Notes under the pieces: generated by a model
Told to the model about the DNA's origin: nothing
What the model saw: the letters and a program-made list of their open reading frames with translations, nothing else
Databases searched by the model: none
Assembly (NCBI GenBank): GCA_020632655.1
Contig: JACKFD010000016.1
Location: 60,753-124,752 of the forward strand
Length of the DNA: 64,000 bases
Reading direction: 5' to 3'
Source of the DNA: Spirochaetaceae bacterium
GTDB taxonomy: Bacteria > Myxococcota_A > UBA9160 > UBA4427
Part shown: piece after piece, positions 28,591 to 37,205 of the stretch
Position numbering within the stretch: the stretch's first letter is position 1
Layout of the letters: each line of letters starts with the position of its first letter
Translations under genes and position numbers: made by a program

Positions 28591-28708
28591 GCGACCGGTC
28601 TGCACCATACGGATCGACACAGCGCGCTCGCGACCGGTCTGCACCCTACGGATCGACGCAGCGCGCTCGCGATCGCCCTGCCGCAATCCGGATCGACGCA
28701 TCGCGCCC
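28591..28708. repeat. three tandem ~39-bp repeats directly upstream of the carboxylase gene
   Basis: Unit 1 (28591-28629) and unit 2 (28630-28668) match 37/39: gcgaccggtctgcacc[a/c]tacggatcgac[a/g]cagcgcgctc. Each contains the palindrome GACCGGTC. Unit 3 (28669-28708) is degenerate but keeps cggatcgacgca. Confidence 0.9.
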
Positions 28709-28727
28709 GCGACCGAGGAGCCCCGTC

Positions 28728-31700
28728 ATGCAACGCCTGCTGATCGCCAACCGCAGCGAGATCGCCCGACGCATCGCGCGCAGCGCCCGGGAGCGGGGTC
28801 TCGAGACGGTCGGCGTCTTCGCGCCCGAGGACGCAGCGCTTGCTCGGGAGTACGGGACCTCGCAGCTCGCCGCCCTCCCCGGTGCCGGCCCGAGCGCCTA
28901 CCTCGACGTCGACGCGCTGGTCCGGGTGGCCTCCGAGCAGGGCTGCGACGCGCTGCATCCGGGCTACGGATTCGCCAGCGAGCGGCCCGCGCTCGCGCGC
29001 GCCTGCGAAGCCGCCGGCCTCCGTTTCGTGGGCCCGTCGGCCGACACCCTCGAGCGCTTCGGCGACAAGGCGTCGGCCCGGACGCTGGCGCAGCGGCTGG
29101 GCGTGCCGGTCCTCGACGGCAGCTCGCAGCCCGTCGACCTCGACGCGCTGCGCGAATTCCGGGCGCGCTTGCCGGAAGGGACCTCGCTCGTGCTCAAGGC
29201 GGTCGCCGGAGGGGGCGGCCGGGGGATGCGGATCGTGGCGCCCGGCGAAGACCTCGCAGCGGCGCTCGCGCGTTGTCGATCCGAGGCGCATCGCGCCTTC
29301 GGTGTCGAGGCCGTGATCGCCGAGCGTCACCTCGCGGAGGCGCGCCACGTCGAGGTCCAGGTCGCCGGCGATCGCGCCGGGACGATCGTCGTTCTCGGCG
29401 ATCGCGAGTGCAGTCTGCAGCGCCGACACCAGAAGCTGATCGAGCGTGCCCCCGCGACCGGTGTCTCGGACACGCTGCGGGCCACGCTCCACGATGCCGC
29501 CCGGGCGATCGCCCGCGAGGCGGGCCTCGAAGGTCTCGGTACGATCGAGTTCCTGCTCGACGCGCAAGGCGGCGCCTTCTTCCTCGAGGCGAATCCCCGT
29601 CTGCAGGTCGAGCACACGGTCACGGAGGAGGTCACAGGGGTCGACCTCGTCGGGCTGCAGCTGGACCTCGCCGCCGGACGCTCGCTCGATGAGCTCGGCC
29701 TCGCAGTCCCGCCCCGCCCGCGCGGCCACGCGATCCAGCTCCGCCTGCTCGCCGAGACGATCGCCGAGGACGGCACGCCGATCCCGACGACGGCGACCAT
29801 CGAGTCGATCGAGTGGCCCCGAGGCGCCGGCATCCGGATCGAGACCGCGATCCGCCCGGGTCTCGCCCCCTCCCCGGCCTTCGACTCCCTGCTCGCGAAG
29901 CTCGTCGTCGCCTGTGCCGATCCCGATCCCGACCGCTGTCTGCGACGCGCGCGCACGGCGCTCGACGAGCTTGCGATCGTCGGCCCCGAGACCAACGCGG
30001 ACCTGCTCGCCGTCCTGCTCGAACGCCCCGAGTGGGCCGACGATGCGATCACGACCGGGCTCTTCGACCGGGCGTGCGCGGCGCTCGTCGCGGCGGCCCG
30101 GGAGCGGCGGGCGCGGCGTGCGCAAGACGCCCCGAGCGGGGCGGGCGCGACGGGGACGGAGGCGGCGGCGCGCGAGAACGAAACGGCACTCCCCCCCGGC
30201 CTCGCCCCGCTTCGCTCGTCGCTGCCGGGCACGGTCGTCGAGATCGCGATCCGGCCCGGCGCCGAGGTCGCGCTCGGCGAGCCGGTCTGCGTGGTCGAGT
30301 CGATGAAGATGGAGCACGTCTTCGAGGCCCCGCGCGCAGGCCGCATCGAGCGGGTCTGCGTCGCCCCCGGCGAGGTCGTCGCGATCGGCACGTTGCTGCT
30401 CGCGATCGAGCCCTCGGGCGCGGACGATCGACACGAGAACGTGTCGGAGGATCGCGACCCCGCGGCGATCCGCCCGGACCTCGCCGCCGTCCGCGCGCGC
30501 CATGCGCTGCTCGAGGACGCGAGCCGCCCCGAGGCGGTCGCGCGGCGACGGAGCCGGGGACAGCGCACCGCGCGAGAGAACCTCGCGGCACTCGCCGACC
30601 CCGACAGCTTCGTCGAGTACGGCGCCCTCGCCGTCGCCGCCATGCGCCGGACGCGTCCGCTCGAGGAGCTCGCGCGGCGCACGCCCGGCGACGCGATCCT
30701 GACGGGATTCGGCACGGTCAACGCGGGGCTCTTCGGGGCGGAGGCCGCGCGCTGCGCGATGCTCGTGACCGATGCGACGGTCCTGGCCGGCACCCAGGGC
30801 TATTTCCACCACCACAAGATCGACCGACTGCTCGAGCTCGCCGGCGAGGCCCGCACGCCGATCGTGTTCCTGCCCGAGGGCGGCGGCGGAAGGCCCAACG
30901 ACAGCGATACGAGCGACCTCGTCGTCGCCGGCCTCGACGTCACGAGCTTCCACGCCTGGGCCCGCCTCTCGGGCCGCGTGCCGCGAATCGGCGTCGTCTC
31001 GGGCTTCTGCTTCGCCGGTAGCGCCGCCTTCGCCGGCTGCTCGGACGTGCTGATCGCGACGCGCGGGGCGAGTCTCGGCATGGGCGGGCCGGCGATGATC
31101 GAGGGGGGCGGGCTCGGCCGCGTGCGACCCGAGGAGGTCGGACCGAGCGAGGCGCTCGCGTCGGCCGGCGTGGTCGACGTCCTCGTCGACGACGAGGCAC
31201 AGGCCGTCGAGGTCGCGCGCCGCACCCTCGCCTACTTCCAGGGCGCGACGGCCGATTGGCGATGCGCGGACCAGCGCCGGCTGCGCACGCTCGTGCCGGA
31301 GAATCGAAGGCGCGTCTACGACGTGCGCGCGGTGATCGAGACGCTCTGCGATCTCGACTCCGTACTCGAGCTGCGGCGCGCGTGGGGCCCCGGACTCGTG
31401 ACGGCCCTGGTGCGGCTCGAGGGACGGCCCTTCGGATTGATCGCGAACGACCCGACGCATCTCGGTGGCGCGATCGACGACCTGGCGGCGGAGAAGGCGG
31501 CCCGCTTCCTCCAGCTCTGCGACGCCTTCGGCCTGCCGATCCTCTCGCTCTGCGACACGCCGGGCTTCATGGTGGGCCCGGAGATCGAGCGACGCGCCCA
31601 CGTGCGCAAGACTGCCCGGCTCTTCCTGGCGGGCGCGACCCTCTCGGTGCCCGTCGTGACGATCGTGCTGCGCAAGGCCTACGGGCTGGGCGCCCAGGCG

Positions 31701-32018
31701 ATGGCCGGGGGCTCCTTCCGGGCGCCCTTCCTCGTCGCCGCCTGGCCGACGGGCGAGATCGGGGGCATGGGCCTCGAGGGCGCCATCGAGCTCGGCTTCC
31801 GCAAGCAGCTCGACGCGCAGCCGACCGAGGCCGCACGACGCGCCCTCTTCGAGAAGCTCGTGGGCGCCCTCTACGAGAAGGGCAAGGCGATCAACGCCGC
31901 GAGCCAGCTCGAGCTCGACGCCGTGATCGACCCGGCCGAGACCCGCGCGACGATCCTGCGCGCACTCACGGCCTTCGGCCCGATCCGCGGCTCGAATCGC
32001 CCCGTCGACGCGTGGTAG
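28728..32018 (+). CDS. single-chain multidomain acyl-CoA carboxylase (biotin carboxylase + BCCP + carboxyltransferase)
   Basis: 1096 aa. BC domain: MQRLLIANRSEIARRI...KAVAGGGGRGMR...EANPRLQVEH. Biotinyl domain: CVVESMKMEH, Lys codon 30306-30308. CT domain with crotonase-like repeats: ...GGARIQE-type region PEGGGGRP, DTPGFMVG. Confidence 0.9.
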   Translation: MQRLLIANRSEIARRIARSARERGLETVGVFAPEDAALAREYGTSQLAALPGAGPSAYLDVDALVRVASEQGCDALHPGYGFASERPALARACEAAGLRFVGPSADTLERFGDKASARTLAQRLGVPVLDGSSQPVDLDALREFRARLPEGTSLVLKAVAGGGGRGMRIVAPGEDLAAALARCRSEAHRAFGVEAVIAERHLAEARHVEVQVAGDRAGTIVVLGDRECSLQRRHQKLIERAPATGVSDTLRATLHDAARAIAREAGLEGLGTIEFLLDAQGGAFFLEANPRLQVEHTVTEEVTGVDLVGLQLDLAAGRSLDELGLAVPPRPRGHAIQLRLLAETIAEDGTPIPTTATIESIEWPRGAGIRIETAIRPGLAPSPAFDSLLAKLVVACADPDPDRCLRRARTALDELAIVGPETNADLLAVLLERPEWADDAITTGLFDRACAALVAAARERRARRAQDAPSGAGATGTEAAARENETALPPGLAPLRSSLPGTVVEIAIRPGAEVALGEPVCVVESMKMEHVFEAPRAGRIERVCVAPGEVVAIGTLLLAIEPSGADDRHENVSEDRDPAAIRPDLAAVRARHALLEDASRPEAVARRRSRGQRTARENLAALADPDSFVEYGALAVAAMRRTRPLEELARRTPGDAILTGFGTVNAGLFGAEAARCAMLVTDATVLAGTQGYFHHHKIDRLLELAGEARTPIVFLPEGGGGRPNDSDTSDLVVAGLDVTSFHAWARLSGRVPRIGVVSGFCFAGSAAFAGCSDVLIATRGASLGMGGPAMIEGGGLGRVRPEEVGPSEALASAGVVDVLVDDEAQAVEVARRTLAYFQGATADWRCADQRRLRTLVPENRRRVYDVRAVIETLCDLDSVLELRRAWGPGLVTALVRLEGRPFGLIANDPTHLGGAIDDLAAEKAARFLQLCDAFGLPILSLCDTPGFMVGPEIERRAHVRKTARLFLAGATLSVPVVTIVLRKAYGLGAQAMAGGSFRAPFLVAAWPTGEIGGMGLEGAIELGFRKQLDAQPTEAARRALFEKLVGALYEKGKAINAASQLELDAVIDPAETRATILRALTAFGPIRGSNRPVDAW

Positions 32019-32023
32019 CCGCA

Positions 32024-32053
32024 CTTCGCGCGTCCACGCGACGCCGCGCGAAG
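32024..32053. terminator. hairpin between convergent genes (9-bp stem, 12-nt loop)
   Basis: CTTCGCGCG (32024-32032) pairs with CGCGCGAAG (32045-32053). It fills the 43-bp convergent gap. Confidence 0.4.
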
Positions 32054-32061
32054 ACCGCTCC

Positions 32062-33795
32062 TCAGTCCCGCGCCCCTCGCACGAGCCGACCCGGGAGCGC
32101 CCCCGTGTGCTCGCCGTCGCGGAAGGTGACCTCGCCCGAAACGATCGTCGCATCGTAGCCGCGCGCCCGCTGCACGAAGCGGGCGGCGCCGGCGGGCAGG
32201 TCGTAGGCCACCTCGGGCATCTGGTTCTCGAGCCGATCGAGGTCGATCACGTTCAGGTCGGCCTTCAGGCCCGGCAGCAGCCGGCCCCGGTCGTTCAGCC
32301 CGTAGAGCGCCGCCGTGTCGGCCGTCATCTTGCGCACGGCCACCTCGATCGGCAGTCGCGGTCCGCGCGTCCGGCGCTTCACCCAATGCTCGAGCATCGA
32401 CGTCGTCATGCTGGCATCGCAGATCGCCCCGCAATGCGCGCCACCGTCCGCGAGACCGAAGGCCGTGCTCGGGTGCTCGAGCATGGCGCGCACGCTCTCG
32501 AGGTCGTAGTCGCTGTAGTTGAGCAGCGTGAGCATCAGCAGCTGCCGCCCGTCGAGCTCGAGCATCCAGTCGTAGAGCAGGTGGAACGGATCCCGCCCCT
32601 CGCGCTCGGCAATCGCCTTGAGGCTCTCCTCCGGCGCCGGCTCGTAGTTCGGCGGGTCGCCCAGGCGGAAGATCTTGTCGATCCCGTTCTCGATCATCTG
32701 CGTGACGACGGCCATCTCGGGAACCGCGTAGTGCGACTTCTCGTTCAGGATCTTCTCGCGCACCTCGGGCTTGCGCAGCTCGGCGATCCGCTGCTCGAGC
32801 GGCCAGTCGCGCATGGCCATGCAGGTCGGGCGGAAGCTGAAGGGATGGAAGGACTGGTGGCCGATCAGGAGCGTGGTCGGCCGCGCGCTCACCTGCGGCC
32901 GCAGGATGGCGCCCTCCTCCGCCGCGGCCTCGCAGAGATCGAGCAGGCGTTTCCAGTCGTCGGGGGCGACGTCGTGTTGGACGAGGCCGAAGGAGACGGG
33001 GCGATGGATCTCCGCGGAGAGCCGTCGCATCCAGTCCATCTCCCGGTCGGGGGCCGACATGTCCTCGCCCTGGATGCCCGCCGGCGCGAGCTCGACGATC
33101 CCGCGGCCGAGCTCGCCGAGCGCGCGGGCGATGCCGAAGATCTCGTCCTCGGCGGAGTGGGTGCCGGGCACGACCTCGCCGTCGACCGCACGATGGACGA
33201 TCGTGCGGGACATCGAGAAGCCGAGCGCCCCCGCCTCGATCGCTTCCTTGACGATCGCGGCCTGGCGGGCGATGTCCTCGGGCGTGGCGGGCTCGTTCTT
33301 CGCCCCGCGCTCGCCCATCACGTAGGCGCGCACGGCGCCGTGGGGCACCTGGGTGCCGACGTCGAGCACATAACGTCGCCGGTCGAGGGCGTCGAGGTAC
33401 TCGGGGAAGCTCTCCCACTGCCAGTCGATGCCCTCGTAGAGCGCCGTGCCGGGGATGTCCTCGACGCCTTCCATCAATCGGATCAGGAAGTCCTGCTGGC
33501 CGGGCGCGACCGGGGCGAAGCCGACGCCGCAATTGCCCATCACGAGCGTCGTCACGCCATGCCAGCAGGTCGGCGAGAGCAGCGAGTCCCAGGTCGCCTG
33601 ACCGTCGTAGTGGGTATGGATGTCGACGAAGCCCGGCGTCACGATCCGGCCGCGGGCGTCGATCTCCTGGCGCGCATCGCCTTCGACGTGGCCGACGGCG
33701 GCGATGCGCCCGTCCTGGATCGCGACGTCACCCTCGAAGGGGGCTACGCCGGTTCCGTCGACGATGGTGCCTCCGCGTACGATCAGATCGAACAT
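32062..33795 (-). CDS. amidohydrolase, D-aminoacylase family (paralog of 15015-16682)
   Basis: GAGGAG RBS then [35 protein letters not shown]...[12 protein letters not shown]. Confidence 0.85.
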   Translation of the reverse strand: MFDLIVRGGTIVDGTGVAPFEGDVAIQDGRIAAVGHVEGDARQEIDARGRIVTPGFVDIHTHYDGQATWDSLLSPTCWHGVTTLVMGNCGVGFAPVAPGQQDFLIRLMEGVEDIPGTALYEGIDWQWESFPEYLDALDRRRYVLDVGTQVPHGAVRAYVMGERGAKNEPATPEDIARQAAIVKEAIEAGALGFSMSRTIVHRAVDGEVVPGTHSAEDEIFGIARALGELGRGIVELAPAGIQGEDMSAPDREMDWMRRLSAEIHRPVSFGLVQHDVAPDDWKRLLDLCEAAAEEGAILRPQVSARPTTLLIGHQSFHPFSFRPTCMAMRDWPLEQRIAELRKPEVREKILNEKSHYAVPEMAVVTQMIENGIDKIFRLGDPPNYEPAPEESLKAIAEREGRDPFHLLYDWMLELDGRQLLMLTLLNYSDYDLESVRAMLEHPSTAFGLADGGAHCGAICDASMTTSMLEHWVKRRTRGPRLPIEVAVRKMTADTAALYGLNDRGRLLPGLKADLNVIDLDRLENQMPEVAYDLPAGAARFVQRARGYDATIVSGEVTFRDGEHTGALPGRLVRGARD

Positions 33796-33906
33796 CGCTC
33801 GCTCCTCACTACTGCGTTCGTGATCCGAGCCCGGCAAGGACTCGGCCGCTCGTCGGCTCGGTCCGGCGGTCGCGCGATGGGCGTCCGCCGGCTCCGCGCC
33901 GACGCG

Positions 33907-34239
33907 CTATCCCAGATCGACCTGCCATCCGTCGCCGTGCGCGCGCACGGGATGGCACCAGCCGGCCCTCCGGATCGGACGCGCGACCGGCGCCCCGTCC
34001 CGCACGTCGAAGGATCCCCCGTGCATCGGGCACTCGAGCACGGTCCCGCGCAGCGCGCCGCCCTGCATCTGGGCGCCCGCATGCGGACATTGGTCGCGCA
34101 CCACGTAGGGCGTGCCATCGGCGTTGCAGAGCAGGAGCTCGCGGCCCCCGGCGATGAAGGGCGCGGTCGTGCCCGGCTCGGGCAAGGGGATCGGAATGTC
34201 GACCCAGTTGCCCACGTTCTCGCTCTGCGCCTCCGTCAT
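33907..34239 (-). CDS. Rieske [2Fe-2S] ferredoxin component
   Basis: CPHAGAQM...CPMHGGSF Rieske ligands. 110 aa. The ATG overlaps the stop of the oxygenase gene. Confidence 0.85.
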   Translation of the reverse strand: MTEAQSENVGNWVDIPIPLPEPGTTAPFIAGGRELLLCNADGTPYVVRDQCPHAGAQMQGGALRGTVLECPMHGGSFDVRDGAPVARPIRRAGWCHPVRAHGDGWQVDLG

Positions 34240-35537
34240 GCCCGTGTTCCCTTTCCCGTCGATCCGTCTCGACCGCTCGCGATGTACTCGTCGAGGGTGC
34301 GGTGGTGATGGAGGATGCGGATCTCCTGGGTGCCGAGGTGCAGGCTCTCGAAGGCACGCGAGTTCATGCCCGCCTGCACCCGCGGCAGGTTGTAGAGATC
34401 CTCGTCGATCAGATCGCCGCCATCGCATCTGCCGGAGAGCGTGTCGCCGTTCGCCGTCGAGTAGTGCTCCTTCTCCGGGCGGGGCACGTCGACCGACGGC
34501 GCGTTCATCAGGCTGATGAAGTCGAAGTACATGCGATTCGGGTCGGTCGGATGCGGTCGATGGGTGAACACCCAGGTGAAGAGCGCATGCGTATTGAAGG
34601 TCATGTTCGGAAAGATCGTGTAGTGGAAGTCGTCGCAGAGCTGGGACTCGTTCAGCTCCGAGAGGTCGGCACCGAGGCCGACGGCGAGCTTCCTCTGCTG
34701 CTCCGCGAAGGCCTTTCGCGCATCCTCGGCGCCGCCTTCGAAGCCCTCGATCCCGACCCGCTTCAGGAAGAGCTCCCGGATCTCGGGTGTGACCGTGTTG
34801 GCCCCCGGATGGCGCAGGCTCGCCTGCACCTCGGGGAAGAGCATGCGCGTGTGCTTGTCGTAGCAGTCGTAGAGCGTGCGCGTGTCGTCGCTGAAGGCGA
34901 GCGTCCAGGTATGGGTTGCGGCGAGATGGTAGGCCTCGTTGAAGGCGTCGACGCAGGTCTTCCAATTGCACTCGATCTCGATCGTGCAGTCGTAGGCGAT
35001 CTTCCAGTCCTCGAAGTGGTAGGGGTCGAGGTGCTCCGGGATGACGCCGAGGTAGTCGCGCAGGGGCTCGGCCTGCGGGTCGAGGTTCACGAAGACGAAG
35101 CCCGCCCAGGTGTCGCAGAGGACCGGCCGCAGGGCGAAGCGTTCCGGGTCGACGCCCTGCGGAAAGCACTCGGGGTCCTGGGGGCCGAGCAGCTCGCCGC
35201 CGATCCCGAACTCCCAGCCGTGGAAGAGGCAGGAGAACTTCTCGGCGTGTCCGCGACCGGGCTCGCGCAGCCGGTTGCCGCGATGCGTGCAGACGTTGTA
35301 GCGGGCGCGCAGGCTACCGTCGGGCTGCCGGATCACGAGGATCGACTCGGGCCCGATCTCGAAGGTGAAGTAGTCGCCGGGTCGCTCGAGGTCCGAGACG
35401 CGGCCGGCGCAGAGCCAGGTCCGGGTCCACATGTGGTCCCACTCGAGTCGGGCGAACTCGGCGCTCGTGTAGCGCTCCTTGGGAATCGGTACGTAGTCGA
35501 GACCCGGATCGGGCGCGCGCTCCATCGGTGTCGGCAT
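34236..35537 (-). CDS. Rieske non-heme iron oxygenase, alpha subunit (KshA/ring-hydroxylating type)
   Basis: GAGGGGAG RBS. Rieske motif CTHRGNRL...CLFHGWEF. Mononuclear iron motif NEAYHLAATH. Confidence 0.88.
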   Translation of the reverse strand: MPTPMERAPDPGLDYVPIPKERYTSAEFARLEWDHMWTRTWLCAGRVSDLERPGDYFTFEIGPESILVIRQPDGSLRARYNVCTHRGNRLREPGRGHAEKFSCLFHGWEFGIGGELLGPQDPECFPQGVDPERFALRPVLCDTWAGFVFVNLDPQAEPLRDYLGVIPEHLDPYHFEDWKIAYDCTIEIECNWKTCVDAFNEAYHLAATHTWTLAFSDDTRTLYDCYDKHTRMLFPEVQASLRHPGANTVTPEIRELFLKRVGIEGFEGGAEDARKAFAEQQRKLAVGLGADLSELNESQLCDDFHYTIFPNMTFNTHALFTWVFTHRPHPTDPNRMYFDFISLMNAPSVDVPRPEKEHYSTANGDTLSGRCDGGDLIDEDLYNLPRVQAGMNSRAFESLHLGTQEIRILHHHRTLDEYIASGRDGSTGKGTRA

Positions 35538-35556
35538 GTCGTCTCCCCTCTTCTCA

Positions 35557-35593
35557 TGGCATCCTGGCATGCATCCGTCGTGGCATGCATGCC
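35557..35593. promoter_or_regulatory. TGGCAT repeat / GGCATGCATGCC palindrome cluster upstream of the Rieske oxygenase operon
   Basis: TGGCAT at 35557, 35565 and 35581. TGGCATGCAT occurs twice, 16 bp apart. Perfect 12-bp palindrome at 35582-35593. The cluster lies 20-56 nt upstream of the start codon. Confidence 0.45.
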
Positions 35594-35778
35594 TGGCCCG
35601 TGTCGGCCCCGCTCGGAAGTCGGACGTGGGCGCCCGGCCCGTGAGCGTCGTCGGAGGCTCGTCCACGGGTCGCGGACGCGCAAGCGGCGGCCAGGCCCAT
35701 CAGCGGGGACGGCGCGGCTTCGGCGTCCGGATGCGGCTCTCCTCGGAAGGCCGCTCCCGCTGCCACCGCCCGGCTCCG

Positions 35779-36624
35779 CTACTGGATGCAGACCTGGCCC
35801 GGCTCCACGCAGATCCCCATCAGCGGATTGCAGCACTCGAGCCCCGGGCCACAGGCGACCGGGCCGCAGCGCTCGCCCCCGCCGCTGCCCGCGACGCGGA
35901 CGTAGAACTCCTGGGCGACGAGCTCGAAGCCGATGCCCGCCGGCCCCTCGACCCGACGATGGCGACCGAGCACGACCAGTCCAGCCCCCGAGTAGAGGGC
36001 GTCGAGGCCTTCCTGCACCTGGGCGGACGAGGCGTCCGAGCGGGAGGCGAGATCGATCTCGTGCAGCGCGCGGGACCGCCTCGAGTTGAGGCGCTCCTCG
36101 TTCAGCACGGGACAGGGGTGTGTGATGCAGACGATGCCCGACGGCGTGACGAGCCAGAAGCCGTCGCGCAGGCTGCGGCTGCCGGTGACGCCCCGCCAGG
36201 CCTCGTCGACGCGCAGCGCCGGAATGGACCGACCGAAGAGGTCCTCGGCGAAGAGCGCGCCCCGGACGACGACCCGCCGGGCCGTGAACTCGCCTCCGAG
36301 CCGCGCCTCCGCATCGGGGTCGAGCCCGAGTGCCGACCAGTCGACCTGGCCCACGTAGCACTCCCGGGCGTGGTGCCCGTCCGCGCAGCGCAGCTGCCAG
36401 CGATTCAGGGCGCGCACGAAGACCCCGCCGCACATCGGCGACGGGCACAGCCTCGGGTCCGGGCGGGTCACCTCGAGCCAGGCGGAGCGGGGACGGTCCA
36501 CGGACCAGGGCACGGCCGCGGCCCGAACCGGGTCCGAGCCCCCGGTGAGACCGATGCCGGCCATCAGACAGGCCAGGATCACGATCGTGACCGCTCGCGA
36601 CGGTGCCAGACGTCCCATCGGCAT
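35779..36624 (-). CDS. secreted Cys-rich hypothetical protein (possibly DUF6748-like)
   Basis: GGGAGGG RBS. Signal peptide MPMGRLAPSRAVTIVILACLMAGIGLTGG. CPSPMCGGVFVRALN...LRCADGHHARECYVGQVDWSALGL. C-terminal Cys knot CGPVACGPGLECCNPLMGICVEPGQVCIQ. Confidence 0.6.
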   Translation of the reverse strand: MPMGRLAPSRAVTIVILACLMAGIGLTGGSDPVRAAAVPWSVDRPRSAWLEVTRPDPRLCPSPMCGGVFVRALNRWQLRCADGHHARECYVGQVDWSALGLDPDAEARLGGEFTARRVVVRGALFAEDLFGRSIPALRVDEAWRGVTGSRSLRDGFWLVTPSGIVCITHPCPVLNEERLNSRRSRALHEIDLASRSDASSAQVQEGLDALYSGAGLVVLGRHRRVEGPAGIGFELVAQEFYVRVAGSGGGERCGPVACGPGLECCNPLMGICVEPGQVCIQ

Positions 36625-36691
36625 CCCTCCCACGGCTGAGCGACCGGCCCATTCTACAGCCGGCGCCGGTCGCCGGAGCACGCAATGTGCT

Positions 36692-36714
36692 GGCTGCCCA
36701 AGGGACGGGCAGCC
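36692..36714. promoter_or_regulatory. inverted repeat GGCTGCCC-N7-GGGCAGCC, candidate enhancer/operator site
   Basis: Perfect 8-bp arms, about 155 bp upstream of the sigma-54 promoter and about 70 bp upstream of the divergent gene start at 36624. GGCAGCC recurs at 36728. Confidence 0.35.
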
Positions 36715-36856
36715 TGCCCGAATCGTAGGCAGCCTCCGCGCCGAGACGATCACGAGTGAGCCGGAGTCGGCCCGAATCGAGCCCTGAAACCCAGCTCAGT
36801 TCGTTCTCGCGGATCGAGTGGCCCCGGCGATCCCGATTGAGCTCACGATCCGGCTT

Positions 36857-36871
36857 TGGCACAGTGCTTGC
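36857..36871 (+). promoter_or_regulatory. sigma-54 (RpoN) -24/-12 promoter for glnII
   Basis: TGGCAC-agtgc-TTGC(T) matches the TGGCAC-N5-TTGCW consensus exactly. It points toward the GSII gene. Confidence 0.65.
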
Positions 36872-37205
36872 TCATTCGCGGCGCAGATCGTGGAGTCCAT
36901 CCCCGGGTGATCGACCCGGGACCGGCTTGGAGGCTCGGCCCCGGAACCGCCCGTCGAAAGCTCGAGTGCGACGACCCGCTGCGGGGCGGGAAGCGCCTTT
37001 CTGGGCGATGGTCGGGGCCCGAGACGGCCCGACCGAGCCCTCGACGAGACCTGAGACGAGCGCGGGACCGGATCGAATCGAACGAATCGACAGAACTCCC
37101 TGATTGGATCGAGACGCAAGACGAGAGTCGGCTCCTCCCGGCGGCACGACGCGACGAGAGCAGAGCCAGCACAGGCACAGAACACTGAATGGAGGTCCCC
37201 CTGTA

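Noticed and set aside
28591-28708. Possible CRISPR array
   Set aside because: There are only three directly abutting units with no spacers and no cas genes, located in a promoter region.
27723-32153. 1476-aa minus-strand ORF, the longest in the track
   Set aside because: It is antisense to the acyl-CoA carboxylase. Only the separately listed frame 27857-28498 (nitroreductase) is real on that strand.
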